64,000 nucleotides of DNA from Alphaproteobacteria bacterium (GTDB taxonomy: Bacteria; Pseudomonadota; Alphaproteobacteria; GCA-2731375), in NCBI GenBank assembly GCA_965225945.1, contig CBDDBZ010000034.1, positions 1 to 64,000 of the forward strand. Reading direction: 5' to 3'. Below are positions 8,953-21,200 of this stretch, piece after piece (position 1 is the first letter of the stretch; every line of letters begins with the position of its first letter). Made by a program: the position numbers and the translations under genes. The notes beneath the pieces were generated by a model. It was not told the origin of the DNA, did no database searches, and saw nothing but the letters and a program-made list of their open reading frames with translations.

Positions 8953-11191
8953 TCAAGCCATCCACTCCTCCAACTTCGACCAGCGCCGACTTTCGATCTT
9001 GCCCTTCACCGCCATCCCAATGGCCTGTCGCTGGCCGACCAGGACGACCATCTTCTTGCCCCTGGTGATCCCGGTGTAGAGCAGGTTTCGTCGCAGCATC
9101 ATGTAGTGCTGCTTCATCATGGGGATGACGACTGCCGGATATTCCGACCCCTGGGATTTATGGATGCTGACGGCGTATGCCAGAGCCACCTCGTCGAGTT
9201 CGCCGAACTGGTAGAGGACCGTCCGTCCGTCGAATTCGATAGCGAGTTCCTGGGCGTCAACATCGATCCGACAGATGTACCCGACGTCGCCGTTGAAGAC
9301 ATCCTTGTCATAATCGTTGTCGGTCTGCATGACCTTGTCACCGACCCGGTAGGTGAAGCCGAAGCGCTCCACCTGGAGGTCGTCGGTCGGTGGATTCAGT
9401 GCCGCCTGAAGATCGACGTTTAGAGCCCGGGCTCCGATGCCACCACGGTTCATCGGGCACAGCACCTGAACGTCTCTGATCGGGTCGAACCCGAACCGCC
9501 TCGATAGGCGATTCTTCACGATCTCGACAATCTTGGATACGGCGTCCTCGGGCTCGTGAGCCTCGACGAAGTAGAAATCCGATCGATCAGACTTCGGAGC
9601 CTCAATCAGGCGCGGGCTCGTGATCGACGAAGTAGAAATCCGATCGATCAGACTTCGGAGCCTCCAGGGCGGGCATGTAACCGGCGTTCACCTTGTGAGC
9701 GTTGGTGACGATCTGGCTCTCGGCCGCCTGTCGGAAAATCTCCGTCAGCCGAGCCACCGGCACGGCGGCGGACTGGATAATGTCGGCCAGAACCTGCCCC
9801 GGCCCGACCGATGGCAGCTGATCCACGTCACCGACCAACATGAGGGCCGCCCTGTCGGGCAACGCCTTCGCCAACGAAGCCATGAGAGAGACGTCGACCA
9901 TCGAGGTCTCGTCAACCACAAGCAGATCGCATTCGAGCGGCTTGTCGGCGGTTCGCTTGAATCCACCTTGTCTCGGGTCGGCCTCCAACAGACGGTGGAT
10001 GGTCTTGGCTTCCAGGCCGGTGCTTTCCGAAAGACGCTTTGCCGCGCGACCGGTTGGCGCCGCGAGTGCAACCCGCACGTCCTTGACCACCAGAATGCGG
10101 AGGATGGCGTTCACCAGTGTCGTCTTGCCGACGCCCGGCCCACCGGTGATCACCATGACCTTCGATGACACCGCCTTTTTGACCGCCTCCCGTTGGCTCG
10201 GGGCCAGAGTGACGCCGAGTTTTTGCTCCACCCAGGGGATCGCTTTGTCGGCGTCGATATGGGGCCAGCTCGGCTTGCCCGACGCCAGGGCCGCGAGCCG
10301 TTCGGCAATCGCCTTCTCGGCGTTCCACAGGTGGCCCAGGAAGATGCAGCCGCGATCCCCGATGGCGTCGGCGACGACTGTTCCCTCACGAAGCTCTTGC
10401 TGGAGAGCATCACCGAGGATGTCGGAGGGAATCTCCAGCAACTTGGTCGCCATGGCCAGGAGATCATCCTCGGGTAGCCCGCAGTGTCCATCCGAGACGG
10501 CTTCAATCAGAGTGTAGGAGATGCCGGCGCGGGCTCGGATCATGGCGGTCTTCTCGATACCGAGCTTGGCGGCGATCTGGTCGGCGCTCCTGAAACCGAT
10601 GCCTCTGAGGTCACGGGCGAGGCGGTAGGGGTTTTCGCTGATCAAGGGGATGGCATCCGCGCCATAGGTTTTGTAAATGCGAACGGCTCTCATGGTGCCG
10701 ACGCCGTACGACTGGAGAAACACCATGATCTCTCGAATGGCCTTCTGATCGGCCCAGCCCGAGGTGATGCGCTCGATGCGCTTCGGGCCGATACCCTTCA
10801 GTTCCTTCAGTCGGTCGGGTTCGTTCTCGATGACGTCGAAGACGTCCTCGCCAAATTTCCTCACCAGTTTCCCGGCGAAATGCGGCCCGATGCCCTTGAT
10901 CATGCCGCTGCCCAGGTACTTCTCGATACCCTCGATCGAACTGGGCGGCATCACCTTCAAGAAGCTCGTCTTGAACTGGATGCCGTGATCACGATGGTTG
11001 TCCCAGCGGCCGCTCGCCTGGATGAACTCACCCGGCTGGATGGAAGCCGCCGTGCCCAGGACGGTAACGAGGTCACGATGACCACGCACCTTCACCCTGA
11101 GGACGCAGAATCCAGACTCCTGACTATGGAAGGTCACGCGCTCGACCAACCCGGAGAGGGGCTCGCGGTCGTGGGATGGGCCCGTGGTCAT
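8953..11191 (-). pseudogene. recD2: RecD2-like SF1B helicase frameshifted by an internal duplication
   Basis: HhH repeats, GGPGVGKTT, VVDETSM, GDVDQL, SIHKSQGSE and LYTGITR motifs; split into ORFs 9602-11191 and 8953-9519. Confidence 0.9.
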
Positions 11192-11296
11192 GCGATGTGA
11201 GATGCCCCATTGCGGTCCGCCATTTTTAGGCGAAGCTGAAGGCATGAAGGCTTCTTGCACGGCAACGGGGATTCACCGTGCACGCCGTCACCGGCC

Positions 11297-11791
11297 TCAT
11301 CGTTCGCCTTCGTGTGGCTCCCGGACTTGCACCTCCGGCTCCTCCTCGACCATCTCGTTCGGCACGAAGGCGATGCGCATGCCCCAACCGGCATGGGTCA
11401 CGAGAAGCCGTCCGAACTCCCGAAGCGACAATTCCCGATCATCGATTTGAACGGTGACCTCCCCGTCTGGGCCGCCGTCGTCGATATGGCAGCGAAGCAG
11501 GTCGCCGCGCGGTACCCACTGGTCGCTGAGATCCGAATATTTGATCTGCGGCCGGCCAGGCGGAATCTCGACCACGATGTTCTCCCACTCCGCCACGAGC
11601 TGATCCTGCGCGGCCATCACGTCATTGAATATGTCGAGGATCGCCTGGTCGGACATCTCGTGGACGCGCGGGCCGATGCGGAGATGCGTCGTCGAGATCG
11701 TCGCGTCGGCGAACGCGATGATCGCCTCCTCTCCGCTGCGGGAGATCTTGACTTCGTCCGGCGATGCCCGTCGGGGCTTCTTTTTGCGCAT
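11297..11791 (-). CDS. Hypothetical protein
   Basis: Protein-like 164-aa ORF with RBS; co-oriented with recD2. Confidence 0.7.
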   Translation of the reverse strand: MRKKKPRRASPDEVKISRSGEEAIIAFADATISTTHLRIGPRVHEMSDQAILDIFNDVMAAQDQLVAEWENIVVEIPPGRPQIKYSDLSDQWVPRGDLLRCHIDDGGPDGEVTVQIDDRELSLREFGRLLVTHAGWGMRIAFVPNEMVEEEPEVQVREPHEGER

Positions 11792-11809
11792 GAGCCCGCT
11801 TCCTAGTTG

Positions 11810-12499
11810 CTATGGATAGACGCTCCACGTCTCCACCAACACCCACTCCCCGCCGATTCGCCGGATCGCTCCCGAGATCGTCCAGCCGGCCCGGCATAAT
11901 TCCGTCGCCTTCTCGGGCAGGTTGATCGGAACCAGCTGGCGGCAACCATCAAGAACTTCGAGCCATATCCTGCCCGGCTCCACGCGCTCGATCTCGAATT
12001 GATCCTCGATGTCGTCATCCTCTGGGGAATATCTGCTCGACGTGATCTGGTAGAGCAGGGCGGTCAACCTCTCGGCCCTGGGCAGGTCTCGCGCCGCGAC
12101 GGCGCCACGCTCGATGGCCTCCTCAGCCTCGTCAGCCCCGGCATAGCCCTTGGCTTCCAGCCACTTCGCCAGCTTCTTGGTGACGGTCCCCGAGGTCCGC
12201 AGCAGAGCCTGGCTCGCCATGACCTTCCTGACCATGAAGTAGTCCAGGAATTCGCCAACATTCGGCAAAATGTGCTCGGGCCCGAAGAACTCGCAGAACT
12301 CGCGATGCCGGTCGTCGTCCGCGTTGAGGCGCTTCTCCCAGGGCTCACGCTCATCGTCCTCCAGCGAGCCGTAGGCATAGCCGTCCAGGCTGGCCTGGAG
12401 CAGCTCGATGACTTGCGCATAAAGGTCGTAGGTGTCCGGCTTCAGGCGCTCCCTCTCGTCGGCGAGATACGCGGCCAGCACCTCCGAGATCGTCGGCAT
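11810..12499 (-). CDS. Hypothetical acidic protein
   Basis: MPTISEVLAAYL... natural composition; co-oriented with its neighbours. Confidence 0.7.
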   Translation of the reverse strand: MPTISEVLAAYLADERERLKPDTYDLYAQVIELLQASLDGYAYGSLEDDEREPWEKRLNADDDRHREFCEFFGPEHILPNVGEFLDYFMVRKVMASQALLRTSGTVTKKLAKWLEAKGYAGADEAEEAIERGAVAARDLPRAERLTALLYQITSSRYSPEDDDIEDQFEIERVEPGRIWLEVLDGCRQLVPINLPEKATELCRAGWTISGAIRRIGGEWVLVETWSVYP

Positions 12500-12960
12500 G
12501 GCGATGCCATTCGAATTGCCACCGCGTTGGTTGTCGTCGGCGTTCTCCGGCACGGCGGTTCCTCCACGTCGCATCCCAAATGGAAATGTCAGTATCCGCC
12601 GCTGACTCGCTTCGGACAACTGTCGGGGTTGGTTGGGCAAGGCGGCGCGGTCCCGCTTTCAATCGCGGACCAGGGTGACGCCGTCGTCGGGCCAGTTCAG
12701 TGCCACGGTACCGCCTTCGGCGAACTGGGGTAGCGCGACAAATGATGTGAAACACGAGGTGTCCGCAGTTGGTGGTCGTGTCGATGGCCTCGGTGCGCGA
12801 GCGGAGGTCGATGCCTCGGCCTCCCTCGGCCGGGACGTGGGCGGCGACCTCCCTCTTGCCGCTCGGCGAGTTGGGGAAGCGCGATTTGACGAGTCGTCGA
12901 ATACGCCCCATTCTATATTCCGATAAGAGTAGTATCGGAAGTCAGAAGGGGCACGCGGTC

Positions 12961-13917
12961 ATGGGCGAGCTGGTCGAGACACGGCGAGCGGGTCGGATTG
13001 CCACCTTGGCCGAGACGACGGAGCGGGCACGGACCTACTTCGACGCCAGTCAGGCGAGGAACACGCGTCGGGCCTATGCGAGCGGCCTTCGGCACTTCCA
13101 GGCATGGTGCATCGGCCGTGGGCTGGCATCGCTGCCGGCGGCGCCGCAGACGGTCGCGCTCTACCTCGCCGACCATGCCGGGACGCTCAAGGTCTCGACG
13201 CTGCAACAGCGTCTCTCGGCCATCGCCGGGGTGCACAAGCTCAAGGGCCTCGACAGCCCGACCCGGCACGCGGCGGTGACGACGGTCTGGAGTGGCATCA
13301 AGCGGACGCACGGCACGGCGCAGCAGGGCAAGGCCCCGGTCCTGCGTACTGACCTCCGCGCCATGCTCGCGGCCCTGCCCGACAGTCTCACAGGCATTCG
13401 CGACCGGGCCTTGCTGCTGATCGGCTTTGGCGGTGCCTTCCGACGCTCCGAGCTGGTCGCGCTGGACTGGTCGGACATCGAGGAAACGGGCGAGGGCCTG
13501 GTCGTCACCCTGAAGCGGTCCAAGACCGACCAGGAGGGCGAGGGAGCCAAGGTCGGCATTCCGAGGGGACGGACACCTGAAACTTGCCCTCACGCGGCGC
13601 TCCGTGGCTGGCAGGAGGCATCCGGCAGCGAGGGACCGGTGTTCCGAAGCCTTACCCGGCATGGCCGGATCGGTGGGCGATTGTCCGACAAGGGCGTTGC
13701 AATCGTGGTGAAGCGTGCCGCCGAGGCGGCCGGCCTCGATCCATCCCGGTTCTCTGGGCATTCGCTACGAGCTGGGCTGGCGACATCGGCGGCGGCGGCC
13801 GGAGCCTCGGAGCGCGCAATCGGCAATCAGACGCGCCACAAGAGTCTCAAGGTGCTCAGAGGCTACATTCGTGAGGGCAGCCTGTTTCGCGAGAACGCTG
13901 CAGCGACGGTGCTTTGA
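12961..13917 (+). CDS. Cre-like tyrosine recombinase
   Basis: NTRRAY SAM domain; RRSEL, KTDQ, GHSLRAG, RH and Y catalytic residues. Confidence 0.92.
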   Translation: MGELVETRRAGRIATLAETTERARTYFDASQARNTRRAYASGLRHFQAWCIGRGLASLPAAPQTVALYLADHAGTLKVSTLQQRLSAIAGVHKLKGLDSPTRHAAVTTVWSGIKRTHGTAQQGKAPVLRTDLRAMLAALPDSLTGIRDRALLLIGFGGAFRRSELVALDWSDIEETGEGLVVTLKRSKTDQEGEGAKVGIPRGRTPETCPHAALRGWQEASGSEGPVFRSLTRHGRIGGRLSDKGVAIVVKRAAEAAGLDPSRFSGHSLRAGLATSAAAAGASERAIGNQTRHKSLKVLRGYIREGSLFRENAAATVL

Positions 13918-14184
13918 AAGGGGCTACAACTGCCCGCTCAGCCGCCGTGCGAGCGTCGCTGCTGATTGCGTCTTGTGGGGTGGTCGCAACCCGGCGATCG
14001 ATCACCCCGCCTCGTTCTTCGCCTTCCACCGCTTGATGTAGCGCTGAAGGTTCTCGCGGGCTAGCGGGGAATCGACTGGCCATCCAGCTCAATTGGCACG
14101 GAAGGGAGGCGGAAATGGAGGCGCGGGTAGCCGCCGGCGAGCCGACACGAGCAGACGGACGGAGACCGGATCGAAGTCGTCGAG

Positions 14185-14418
14185 GTGACGAAGTTGATGC
14201 CGCCGGACACGATCGCCTGCATCTTCTGGCTCAAGAACAGGCGCCCGGCTCAGTGGCGCGAGGGCTACAAGGCCGAGGAGACACCCAAGGCCCCCGGCCA
14301 CGACCCCGTGCTTCAAGAGATACTGAAGGGTCTGCTCGACGACGAACCGCAGAGAACCGCCGACGGAGTGCCTTCTAGGACCAAGCCAAGTGGGCGCAAC
14401 GGAGGCGACCAGCGCTAG
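14185..14418 (+). pseudogene. Phage terminase-small-subunit-like remnant
   Basis: PPDTIACIFWLKNRRPAQWRE motif. Confidence 0.5.
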
Positions 14419-14706
14419 CCCTTCCTCGTCACTGGCCCAATCGCCACCGCCATCAGCCTGAAATCGTCAGCCATGTCTACCCGATCGCAGGCGGCAACCA
14501 AGGCAGCGACGGTTCCGCCGACTTCGGGTCTCACAGCGTTCTCCGCGATGTGGCCGGGAGTGGGGATGTCGACGAAGAAGGCCCGCCCGCAACTTTTGGA
14601 GACGGCGTCGACGAAGCCGACGGTGACGACGACGCGGCAGTGTTCAGGGCGATCACGCCGCTGGACGGCGAAACGGTGTCTTGACCGCCGGCCGGGAGTG
14701 AACCCG

Positions 14707-14931
14707 CTAACCCAGCTCCTCCCACACCGCAAAGCACCCGCCATGCTCGCCTTTGCGCGGGCACCCCTCCTCCAGCGCCGACGCGATCGCCGGTAGCCCC
14801 GCGTCGATGCCATAGTGCTCCACGAGCGTCGCCACCCGATACCGCCCCGCCCGGCCGCACCGGTCGCAGCGGACGTCCAGCATCTCCCGCGTGCCGTGGA
14901 TCTGCCGGAGCGTGACGGCGCCGCTGGTCAT
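14707..14931 (-). CDS. Small Cys-rich (CxxC) phage-type protein
   Basis: VRCDRCGRAGRY...CPR...C. Confidence 0.6.
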   Translation of the reverse strand: MTSGAVTLRQIHGTREMLDVRCDRCGRAGRYRVATLVEHYGIDAGLPAIASALEEGCPRKGEHGGCFAVWEELG

Positions 14932-15073
14932 CAGTGCACCGCGCCCTCGGGCTCCGCAGCCTCCAGCTCCTTGATGGCCGCGATGATCCTGATCCCAACC
15001 GCCCGACCACTCCGTCCCAGCCACCGGGCCGGCTCCGCCGGCCGCGGCGGACATCGCGCGTGGCGCCTCGGGG

Positions 15074-18000
15074 CTATAAGGGGTTGATGTCGCTTGGCAA
15101 CACCGTGAATTGCGTCTCCGCGATGACGGTGTAGCCGGGAGTGGTGACGTCGGGGTCGAAGCTCAGGAACGACGTGCTGCCCGTGTTGTCGATGATGAAG
15201 GCGGCGCCGCTCGCCAGACCGGAGTTGGTCCCGTCGTAAGGCGAGGCGAGGGCGACGAGCGGCACACTGGCCACGACTCCGAACGCGGTTTCATCGAATG
15301 CGAAACCGTCATCCACCGTATTGAAGCCGCCGCTGATGACGTCGGTGGCGAGGCCACTCGCCGCGACCGTCTGGTTCGTGGTGATCTGCGTCCCGTCACT
15401 AATCTCGTCGTACTGGTAGGTGTCGTTGCCGATGCCGCCGTCCATCGAGTCGGCACCTTGGCCGCCGATGAGCCTATCGTTGCCGGCGCCGCCGCTGATC
15501 GTGTCGTCGCCGGCGTGGCCTTCCAACCGATTGGCGCCGGAGTCGCCGGTGATCGAATCGCCGTTGACACTGCCCTGCACGTTCTCGAAGTTGAGGATGG
15601 TGTCGGCGAAACCGAAGCCGTCGTTGGTCACCGTGCCGGCGCCGAGGTCGATGATGACGCCGGAGGTCGATGCGACGTCCAGGAAGAACAGCTCGTCGAC
15701 GCCGCCGCCGCCATCCAAGTCGTCCGCGCCTTGGCCGCCGATGATCAAATCGTCGTCGCCACCGCCGATCACCGTATCGTCGCCGCCACCGCCGATCACC
15801 GTATCGTTGCCGCCCAGGGCGAAGAACTGCTCCGCCCCGGCCCCGCCGACCAGGATGTCGCCCGAGCCCGTGCCGGTGATCGTGCTTGTGCTGCTGATGA
15901 GGTCGCCCAGCACGGCGGTCAACTCGTTGGCCTCCGTGATGTTGGTGGCGCTCCCACCCGGACCCTCGACCAGGGACAGCAGCGCCAGGGCCGTGGAGCC
16001 GACATTGATTCCGACGGCCTCGATGCTGAATGCCTGCTCTGGTCCGGCGCCATCGTCATCGGTCTCGATGGAAGTGACAACAGCTCCGAACGTAGCGCTC
16101 GCAAAACCGTCGGAAACGAAAAGCAGCTTGTTGACATCCGCATCAGGCAGCGTGCCCGGACTACTGGTCGCAGAACCGATAAATTCCTCGGCCGCAGTCA
16201 AACCTGCCGTGAAGTTGGTGCCGCCGCCGGCGTTGAGGCCGTTGACGGCATTGATAGCCGCCTCTAGTTGGCTGCTCGGGCCCGTGCTCGGCGTACCGCC
16301 ACTGATCAGGTCGAAGGTGCCCAGGACCAACGCGGACGAGTTGAATTCGACGATGTTGACGCGGACATCCTCCGCCCCCGAATTCGCCAGATCCGTCAGC
16401 GTGGCGATGGTCGAGTTCTTCAACGCCACGATACGTTGCACCGAGGCGGTGTTGCCGTCGACGTCGGTGAAACCGATGCTGCTGATCATACTACCCGAGG
16501 TGTCGAGCACGATGGCGATGTTGATGACACCACCCGCGAGCTCGATCGCGCTGCTGATCAGCGCCGCGGTGGTCCCGTCGGTGAACTCCAGAAACTCGAC
16601 GCCGGTCAGCGTGTCGCTGCCGTCCGGGCCCTCGACGATGACGCTGCCCGACGCAGACGCAAAGGTGTAATCGGCCGGCCCGCCGCCGAAGATCGCGGTG
16701 TCGTTGCCGGCGCCGCCGTTGATCACGTCGTCACCCGCGCCGCCGTTCAAGGCATCGTTGTCGCCGCCGCCGTCTAAACTGTCGCTGCCGCCGCCGCCGG
16801 CGATGGTATCGTCGAACGGCGTGCCGAACACACCCTCGATGCTCGTCACCGTGTCGATACCGCCGAAGCCGTCGAGGATCGTCCCGGTCACGAAATTCGC
16901 GTTGATCCCGGCGGGTGACCCCGAATAGTTGACAGTGTCGAACCCGGGTCCACCCTGCAACGCATCGTTGCCGGCGAGGCCGATCAGCGTATCGTTGCCG
17001 CCGAGGCCTTGGATGAGGTCGCTGCCCGCGGTGCCGCTCAGCAAGTCGTTGCTCGCGGTGCCGGTGATCGTGGTGTCGAACACGACACTAACGTTGACGA
17101 AGGCGAGGCCCGTGTCTCCGTTGGCGTCCGTGATCGTGTAGGTGAAGGTGTCGGTGCCGGCGAAGCCCAGGTTGGGCGTATAGGTCACGGTGCCCGCGTT
17201 GGCGTCGAGAATGACCGCGGTGCCGTTGGCGGCCGCCCCGACCGCCGTGATCCTCGCCGGCGCGGTCCCAGAATCGTCGTTCGCCAGCACGTCGATCGTC
17301 ACCGCCGTGTTGAAGACGGTCGTGACCGTATCGGTCACCGCGTCCGGCACCGCATCGACGGTCACCGTCACGGTCGCCGTGCTCCGCGCCCCGGTCGCGT
17401 CCTCGATCGTGTAATCGAAGGTGTCGACGCCGTTGAAGTCCGCCGGCGGCGTGTAGGTGATGGTCGTACCCAACGAATTCACCACCACGCTGGCACCGGC
17501 GCTGCTGGTGGTGACGGAAATGATGGTCGTCGGCGTCGTGCCCAGATCGTCGTTGCCCAAGATGCTCAGGATGACACTCGCGTCCTCGTCTACATTGACG
17601 GCGTCGTTCACCGCCAGCGGAACAACCACGGGCTGATCGTCATCCAGGATCGTGCCGATCCCGATGCCGTCGGCGATCGTGCCGCCGGTCGGGTTGGAGA
17701 GCAGGAGCTGGAAGGTCTCGTCGCCTTCCACGATCGCGTCGGCGGTGGTCGCCACCGTGACGAGCAGGGAGGTCACGCCCGCGGCGAAGACGAGGGTGCC
17801 GGAGACGGCCGTGAAGTCGGTCGCATCCGCCGTCCCGGTCGTGGTGGCGAAGTCGATCGTGCCGGGCGCCGAGGTATCGCCGGTGCGCGTCACGGTGAAG
17901 ACGATGCCGGCGCCTTCCGTTCCCGTGGCATCGTAGATTTCGTAGATCGGCGCGGCCACTGGGCCCCCCGGTCCCTGGTTCACCCCGTTGATGGTGACGT

Positions 18001-19842
18001 CGCCACCGATGATGACCTGGTAATCACCGTGATCGGTCGTCGTCAGAAAGCCGTTGCCATCGACGGTCGCGGGATAAAAAGTGACGTCGTTGGCCTGCGT
18101 GCGGGCCTCGGTCTCGCTCAACGAGAAGGCGCCGAGCGCCAGCACGTAGTCACCCGCCGCCAAGATGGCCGACAGGAAGGAATCGAAGTCGAAGATGGAG
18201 CCGTCGGTGAAGGTGAGGCTGGAAGCGTCGTTGGAGGCAATCAGCGTGCCCGGCGTGCCGCCGCCCGCATCCTCGAAGAGATAGATGTGGACGTCGAAGA
18301 AGGCGATCTCGCCATCGCCGTTGATGTTGAAGGTCTCGTTCGTGATCCCGTCGCCGTCGGAGTCAGAAGAATCCAGTTCCCACGAGAGCGTGTCGATGGT
18401 GACCGTGCCGGCCGTATTCACGGTGAAAAGGATGTGATCGACGGTGGAGCCGACCCGGGCCCCGCTTGCGTCGAGCACGGGGAAAATGTCCCCCGTGACC
18501 CTCGGCCCGTCGATGCCGCCGAAGATCGGCGCCGCAATCGTCTGGTCGTCGAAGCTCAGGAACTCGACGCCGGTCAGCGTGTCGCTGCCGTCCGGGCCAG
18601 TGACGATGACGCTGCCGGGCGAGAACGAATAGGCCGCGAGGTTGCCGCCGAAGGTCGCGGTGTCGATGCCGGTGCCGCCGACGATCACGTCGCTGCCCGC
18701 GCCGCCGATGAGCGTGTCGTCACCGCCGAGGCCGATCAGGGTGTCGTTGCCGGCGCCGCCGCTGATCAGGTCGGAACCGTCCGTGCCGGTGAAGGTGATG
18801 CCAGACGGCGGCAGCGGCGGCAGCGGCCCCGGCAGCACATCGTCGGTGACGTCGATGGCCAAGTCGGCGATGGTGGTGGAACCGGTCGCCAGGCCAGTGT
18901 CGGTTCTGAACACGAAAATGCCGGTCGGCGGCGCCAACGCGATCTCGACCTCGGCTTCGAGACCGCCTTCCTCGTAGACCTCGAACAACGTCGTCTCGAC
19001 CGCGACCTCCCCCGCCGCCGGGGCGATGTCGGCGAAGGCGGCCGCTTCCGCGTCGTCGCTCGGCGCGGTGGCCTCCTGCTGGTCGGGCTGATCGTCGTCC
19101 TGGATGTCGCCGCGCCAGCCCGGCGGCGTGAACGGCGTGATCGGAAGGATCCCCAGCGAGAGTGTGAAAATCTGCTCGAACAGGCCCAGCGGCGTCGCCA
19201 CCGGCAGGCTCGGCAACTGATTGGCCGCCAGCACCGTCAGGTTCTGGCCCTCGTCGATATCCTGTCGGCCCGCCTGGTTCACCACGAAGCCGAAGCCGTC
19301 GTCGAAATAGACGTCCAGCCGCTCGCCCAGGACGCCGCCGAACACCGTGCCCCTAACGCCGATCGTCGCCAGCGGCGTCGTCACCTCGAAACTCGTCGGA
19401 TCGCTCTGGGCGATCTGGCCGGTGACGAAGACGAAGACGCCTTGCAGGATCGAGAAGCTGGCCGAGCCGGACCCGGAGGCGGCGTCGTAGACCAGCTCGT
19501 CCAGCACCATCCGCCCGTCGCCCTCCATCGCGAAGGCGGTGTCGTCGGCGAAGCGGATGCCGAGACGCGCGCCCGCCCCCGTCGTCACCACGTCGCCCTG
19601 GAAGACCGAGCTTCCCTCGGTCAGTATCACGCTTGTGCCGTCCGCCCGCTCCGCCCGGACCTCGCCGACCACCTGCTCGACGATGCCGATCGGGTGAACT
19701 CGGCCCCGAGCAGGAAATCGGCGAGCGGCACCACCAGCTTGCCGTCGAGGGCCGAGCCGGCCTGCAGTACGGCCGCGTATTCCGCCGCCCCCGGCGCGGC
19801 GCCGATGGCGCCGCCCCGCTCGAAGTTTCCGCTTCGGCTCAT
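15074..19842 (-). CDS. Large RTX-type secreted adhesin (FecR-like, Calx-beta, Ig/cadherin-like, VWA, Ca-binding repeats); 5' end apparently frameshifted
   Basis: TPLATIGVRGT, many GGxGxDxL repeats, VEGDETF, DTFDYTI and VWA MIDAS VLDTSGSM. Confidence 0.88.
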
Positions 19843-19877
19843 CCCCCTGGCTCCCCACCATCGCCGCCCCGGGACGG

Positions 19878-19922
19878 CTATTGGGTCTCATTCTCTCCTA
19901 TTGGGTCTCATTCTCTCCTATT
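19878..19922. repeat. 20-bp tandem duplication
   Basis: CTATTGGGTCTCATTCTCTC x2 followed by CTATT. Confidence 0.95.
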
Positions 19923-20619
19923 ATGAAATGCCTGTCGACCCCCATTTGGGTGCCGTTCGGAGTTTTTTTTGGCTCTAGCTCGCGAAACCGCAGGCCTCGG
20001 CGCTCTCCGGCAAGCTCTCCGCGGCAAGCGAACGATCGCCCGCGTGGCCCGCCACGCGCGCGGCGCGTCCGGCTTTTGCGAGCCACGGTGACCGCCTACA
20101 CTTGACGGGCGCGACGCCGGGGGTGTGCGAAAGGCCCCCCGACGGCGCGGCCGCCGCCGTCGGGACGACGGGACAGACGGCGGGGGCTTTCGGTGGTGGT
20201 GGCCTACTGCAAAATCATCCGATGGATGGCCGTCACCTTGCTGCAGGGAATCTTGACCACCTGCTCGGCCATTCGCCGGCGGGGATGTCAACGAAATGGC
20301 CCCGCCCAGCACAATTAGGGGGCGCGGGCGGGGCAACGCGAACAACAGAGATGTGCGGAGATGCCGCACCCGGTGATAGTCGCGCCTCGGGGCGGCGGGT
20401 GTCAACGCCCTCCGCTTTTAGTGGTTTTCACGGTAGCTCCGCACCGCCGGCACGTTTCGGTCACTACGCTGGTGCGTCCGACGGTCACGTCGACGGTCTG
20501 AAAGTCATGTATGCCGACCAGGCATAGAAGGCGCAGCAGTTTCCGCGCGAGCGTGATGCCCTAGTTTGGCATCGTGGGTCCTTCGGCGGTGGGTTGGGCC
20601 ATTGTACACCATCCGTGCC

Positions 20620-20835
20620 GACCCTCGCACTCGCCATCGTCATGAACGTCAACCGCCGGCACCTGGACGAGAGCCAGCGGGCGATGGTGGCGGCGAGGAT
20701 CTACCCCGAGCCGCCGAAGGGCGGGCGTGGGAAAAAGTCTTCCGAAATGGAAGGGTTTTTGGTTTCGGGCGCACACGTCAGCCGAGCCCGCACCGTCCTC
20801 CGCTTCGCCCTCGACCTCGCTGACAACGTTCTCTC
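20620..20835 (+). pseudogene. Phage ParB-like protein remnant
   Basis: MNVNRRHLDESQRAMVAA motif. Confidence 0.5.
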
Positions 20836-21200
20836 TGGAGGGGCGGCGGGTGTCAACGAAATAGCCCAGCCCGGCACAATGGGGCGCGCGGGCGGGGCAA
20901 GCGATGGTCCTATGAAAAGCACAAATTGGACCCTTCACCGTCTTAAGAACTGACAAGCATCACAAAGATTCGACCGCGCTCCCGACGGCTCCCGGGATCT
21001 ATCGGGGGGTGGGCTTAAATAGGCCCGGCGGCCCATTTACACGTTTTTGGCCGTTTTCTGCCGATTTTCGAGCTACGTCCGCGCGTTTGCCCCCGGAGAA
21101 GGCGATCAAACCGCAAATCCGCGGAAGGTTCCAAATCCGGCCTCGCCCGCGCGGCGCGGGCGCCCGGGGTGTAGTTGTCTGGTAGGTGGCTCAGCGCCGC

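Noticed and set aside
12961-13917. Integron integrase
   Set aside because: Cre-like sequence lacking the IntI-specific insertion; no attC array seen
16585-18598. Repeated AACTCGACGCCGGTCAGCGTGTCGCTGCCGTCCGGGCC within the adhesin
   Set aside because: Ordinary internal domain duplication (GPDGSDTLTGVEFL) of an RTX protein
17009-19978. 989-aa plus-strand ORF and other long overlapping ORFs (e.g. 112-1551, 4787-6451, 39373-40848)
   Set aside because: Antisense or alternative-frame shadows of real genes in GC-rich DNA, with no motifs
19925-20100. c-di-GMP riboswitch upstream of the adhesin
   Set aside because: Could not identify the consensus motifs by eye
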